A stretch of 64,000 bases of DNA from Bugula neritina (lineage: Eukaryota; Animalia; Bryozoa), in contig OZ037766.1 in NCBI GenBank assembly GCA_964035545.1, positions 32,788,773-32,852,772 on the forward strand. Reading direction: 5' to 3'. The position numbers were made by a program, and so were the translations under genes. Under the pieces are notes generated by a model, which saw only the letters and a list, made by a program, of their open reading frames with translations, ran no database searches and was not told the DNA's origin. This document shows, in pieces, positions 59,401-64,000 of this stretch; position 1 is the first letter of the stretch; each line of letters starts with the position of its first letter.

Positions 59401-62255
59401 AACCAAGTCTGAGCCTCTTTTTAGTTATGTTTTTCGTATTTTAATTTTTAGCAACTTTGATGATCACAAAAAATATTTTTAGAAATGAAGTTACAGTTTA
59501 CTACTACGCTGAGTAATAGCTCCTGGTGGTTACTACAGACTTTATACTACTATGTATAGCATGAGGGTGCCACCACTGCCCACCCTCTCTACTCACCATC
59601 TAGACACAAGGAGCTGATGCTAGGAGGAGTAACGCTGTCGCTAGTGTCATTTGGACAGGAGTTGACAACCGGCAGCACAGCCCAGCCAAAGTGATCACAG
59701 TTGGTGTGGTGAGACAGATTAGCCTCTAGTCCCTACAGAGAGAACATAACTCCTTGTGTATTTCTTATACTTTCTTATATATAACTAAAAATCCCCCAAA
59801 TATACAAAATATGTTCTGTTGCATAAAAGGAGTCTTCTAGAAGTGAAGAGTTGTGCTCACCTGTGCAGGAAGAGCGTCAGGGCAGCAGTTGTCTGTCAGC
59901 AAGCAGGTGACGCTACAGCTACAGGTGTTCCACTTGATACCGGAAGTGTTGTGTGTAAAGTTAGTAATGATGGTAGCATTTTCTTCTGTCACACCTCTGC
60001 TGATGAGAGCAGATCTAGCAGCTGACTCTGTACAGTATTGTCTGGCTACGCATGTCTGTGAGGTGTACTACAGAATAACATCAGCAGTAATAGACAGTGC
60101 CCCAGTGTCACAATGTAACAGTGACACCATGTCACAGTGCAACAATGTCACAATGTCACAACCTCACAGGTGTCACAGTGACACTATGTGACAGTGTCAC
60201 ATTGTGACAGTGTCCCAGTGTAACAAGTGCCCCATGCTTAAAATCATATTTTCTAAAATAACTTGTAAAGTCAGGCCATTCTGACGCCTGCATCAACAAG
60301 ATGGAGTCACATCCTTTGACCTCATGAGCAACTCATTCTGCAGAATAATCACAGGCCATGCCAGGTCTAACCAACAGGTCTAACCCGACAGGAGATAAGA
60401 GAATGCCTACTCAGTCACTTGCTGAAAGCTTCTTACCAAATTGTGAGGTGATTAGAAAACCTAACTTTATAAACACAGTCTATGTAAAAGCCAGGAGGTT
60501 TTTAGCTCAAGTTTAGAGGTGAAGGTTGCCAACAGCACATAGCTTATGAAGATCTGGGGCTAAGCAATAGATTCTAACTAATTACTAGATACAACTAAGG
60601 ACAAAGTTTAGTTAGTTTCAAAGAGGACAGCCAAAAAATTTCACTCGTTATGACAAGCTACTATGGAAGCTAGTGCATCTACATCCAAGCTCTGGAAAAA
60701 TAATAACAAGTCATTACGAATGTCACTTATAATTGATTAGCAAATTGAGGGTTAGTAAATGCCTAATAGCCAGTGTATCTCTACTAGCTGTCACTGAATT
60801 ACTTGACTGTCGTATGTTGCTAGTTCTTACTAAATTACTAGCCTGTCGTCTGCTATAAAACTTATAAAGTTCAATAAACTCAAGATCAGATGACTACAGA
60901 GTATAATTAAAGGCTTACAAATACAGTATATTAGTTTCAGGAATTGGTTCTATAGTTACCACTAATATTGAAATACTGCAGTCTTATGGTGGTGCTAAAG
61001 TTGTTCACTGGTTAACAAAGAATATTTATAAACAACAGAGAGGACACTGTGGTGATTTGTTTGTTTGTTTGTTGTTACTCATTGAAGCTTGAAGTGAGGC
61101 GAATTTTGTAAACAATGACTCAACTGAAGCAACCTCAAAGCCAACACCAACTTGACAAAAAATTATTCACATCCTGTGAAAAACACTCTTCGAATTTCTA
61201 CGGCAATGCAATGCAATGCAATACTAGCACTAATTATCATAGAGTGATGCTCGTAGCAATGTCAGTAAACATATAATTATTTCCACTAGTAAATAAACCT
61301 ACTCCAAGCACAAAATTATATCAGACATCAATGGGAATTATTTTGGGGTGACAATAAACATTATTTACTGCATGACTGGGCACGCTCCAGAGAAGAGAGG
61401 TATGGAATGATACAAGCTGGCCCAAGCTTGGACACTATTCACCAAAGTGATAATACTAGAGTGAGAGCAACTAGGTCACCTGCTTCAACTTGAGGTAGCT
61501 TTCTACACTTCCAAATAGATTGGTAGGACTCATCTAACACAAGCTAATAGCTTTCAACGAAATTCTATTCATTGAGGAATTTTTCTTCAAAATCTCCATT
61601 ACTGCACCTAACTGTTTAACATGACTTCGGTCTAACTTGACTGTGGTTTAACTTGACTTTGGTTTAACTTGACTATGGTTTAACTTGACTGTGGTTTAAC
61701 TTGATTGTGGTTTGAATATGGGAGGAAAGTTCAAAGTAGAGAATTTAGTACAAAACCTTCACAAGTGGTCAAGTAAAAAGCTCCAAAGTAAATAAAGCCA
61801 AGACACTAATTTGCTGCAGGATGAGAGAAATTGAAATAGCCACCATTCTTTCATTTCTGTGTGCATTTGAGTCCAGGGCTTGGATTGTACACCAGTGATA
61901 ATTTAGCTTCTTTTTTCCAGATCAAAGATTTACTAAAATTTTGTTTGGATAAAAAAATTCTTATTAACAACTTTGTTTTTTTAGAAAATTCAGGAAAGAG
62001 AAATCAAATAGAATATACTTCAGCTTTCTCCAGCCATGGGTGTAATCAAATATCATAATATAATAAGTGAGAAGTGCATTTAGCAAAGACTGTAGGCAAT
62101 ATACAGTCCGTTGACCCTGGCATTTTGCTATAAAGACCACTATCACAGCAGTTTACCACCAGATTAGCTGTCCACTCTACCCAGCTTGCAATGTATACAC
62201 TTACCAGTGAATCACTTCTCATGCACTCAACTGATTCCAGAACTATGATAATTCT
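53463..62255 (-). CDS. Family-B (Methuselah-like/adhesion-related) GPCR with a Cys-rich, somatomedin-B-like ectodomain
   Basis: The 7TM lies in one large exon (54906-53463): RNIPG, CKIVAVMINYFFIAAF, PQYGGVNCFM, LGFNWL, CLHGFFGFLVFV. Upstream exons encode CSCSVTCLLTDNCCPD (about 59861-60056), TYANLYCAMCHG (57778-57991), YKNPDCASCHNV (56323-56446) and CVPICPLDSFLFKGRC (55450-55588). The 5' end is uncertain. Confidence 0.85.
57625..57730. repeat. About 26-28-bp AT-rich tandem repeat (ATTTATATAACTTATATATTATTC), 4 copies
   Basis: Direct inspection. Confidence 0.85.
58031..58078. repeat. Perfect 48-bp palindrome
   Basis: TACTTGGTGTCTTCTGTTACTATA|TATAGTAACAGAAGACACCAAGTA. Confidence 0.95.
61622..61713. 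repeat. 17-bp tandem repeat (TAACTTGACTGTGGTT-like), about 5 copies
   Basis: Direct inspection. Confidence 0.85.
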
Positions 62256-64000
62256 GCAGTGAATAAACTAGAAGTGGTTGCCAGAAATAAACAAACATTT
62301 TTACAATCCACAAACATTATGCAAACCGCAATTCTTTAAAAGTAACTTTCACAACAATAGTATAAATATCTTCTAGGGTAATAAGTCAAAACCCTGAGGT
62401 TATTGTATTTATCTCCTAACTGAACTAACTAAACTAACATATCAAGATTTGATTATCACTTTAGAAATCAGTTAATTGAACTCTTTCTTTGTTTTCTCCC
62501 TTTTGATAGGACTGATGTGATCATCTTTAACTGTGTTTTTTGAATGAGTAGTGACAGTGTATAGTGAATAAGCTGCATCAAGATACGATCAGATAAAACA
62601 TGACTATCAGTAGAATGCTGCTAAAGGCAGCACTCCACTACCGTACAGAGGCATCAACCCTCACAATGAGACGCACTTCATAGGCTGCACTATAAAAATA
62701 CAGCTGCAAGCTAAAATATATGTGACCATAGGTTAATGCCATGCAGGTAATGAATGCAATGGTATTGCCTCATTGCCACAAAGATGTGACTTGGGTTGCA
62801 GCTGATATCTGCGACTTTATCTGGTAGATTGTAATAGTTTTGAAACAAAGAGACACAAAGGTAGAGCAATATTATCCCTTCCTTTCTGCTTTATAAAATA
62901 TATTATCTTAATCTTACTTTGCAGTTAGGGTAGGTTATGCTTTAACAACTACTACGTAACTACAGAAACAAACAAAATCACACTTTCTGTTCACTAAAGA
63001 GCCGGGCATAAACCAAATACCAATACTAATAGTAACAGGCAATATCAACATGAATAGTTTAAACTCCATTTTCATTTTGTCAAAGTTTTAATGCTCTAAA
63101 ATCGAAATAGAAGCTATAGCAACAAATACAACGCGAAATGCAAGAATTAGAAAGGCCATTGTAATCTTATTTTCTTTTTACAAACTCCTATATCACTTAC
63201 CTATATAAAAAGCTAGAGCATATAATTTGGCCATGTATACAAGAAACTAAAAAGATAATATTATAATTATTATAATTATAGTTTTACTTACGGTTCTATC
63301 TGATACTAAATCGCTTATGCACGTGACTCCTTGCAAGTGTAGAGTAAGTATAACATATATTAATATAGTTGCACATTTCTTCATATTTATTGTACACTTC
63401 TGTTTCATTGTCATTATGACCGTTGTTACTTATGTTCCCAAATGAACAGAACTTAATTTCAGTCTTTAACTTCGCTGTTCAGTCACTCAAACGATGAGTG
63501 ATAATGATATGCCGATGCTCCACTCTTTGATATCTCACTCCTGTGTAAGCCGCGATCCTAGCAGAATGACTGAATGAGTATCAATATGAATACGAGTTAT
63601 CAGTTAAGCAGATCTGAATCTGTCAGTGCAATTGTCACTAACTTCACTACTGTCAGTGGATTGGCTCTAGCACCAAAATAGAAGCCATACTCGCTTTGTA
63701 GGTTACTAATAAATTTCAATACTATAATTCAGCGCAGCAGTTGAATGAATAATGAATTACGTAACTTTGTCTATTCAAAGACGGATATAAAGAGCTACTG
63801 ATTAGTTGTTTACCAGCTGCAATAGTGGTTATACAAATGTCGATGACGGTTTTGTTGACTGGTACTGCAATTATAAGCACGTGTTCATGTTATCTTGAAA
63901 CTGTAATTATTGACCAATCATCAAGCGTTGAATTATAGAGCAGACGACAAGATGCTACTGCAGGAATGTTTCACTACTAACACATTTTATTACTTTCTTC

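Overview
AT-rich, intron-dense animal genomic DNA, not prokaryotic; a compact invertebrate, probably lophotrochozoan (inference from the Cys-rich Methuselah-like GPCR and CR1-type LINEs). Left to right: a C8orf48/DUF4606-like gene (+) hosting an intronic tRNA-Arg(TCG); ACSF2 (-); a tRNA-like head fused to a 5'-truncated CR1-group LINE, followed by a 431-bp near-perfect palindrome; two convergent paralogous genes encoding an unrecognised (possibly TRADD-N-like) N-terminal domain plus two RRMs, one carrying a CMC-type MITE; URAD (-); a near-intact PHD-ORF1 + APE-RT LINE and a second LINE fragment; PDZD8 (+); a partial coiled-coil gene (-); and an SMB/Methuselah-like family-B GPCR (-). The best novelty candidates are the 'novel domain + 2xRRM' gene pair and the recurrent minisatellites seeded on splice donors, acceptors or a stop codon, two of which create in-frame ladders of 8 and 27 alternative splice sites. 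Exon coordinates were read by eye and protein family calls are recalled motif matches, not database searches.
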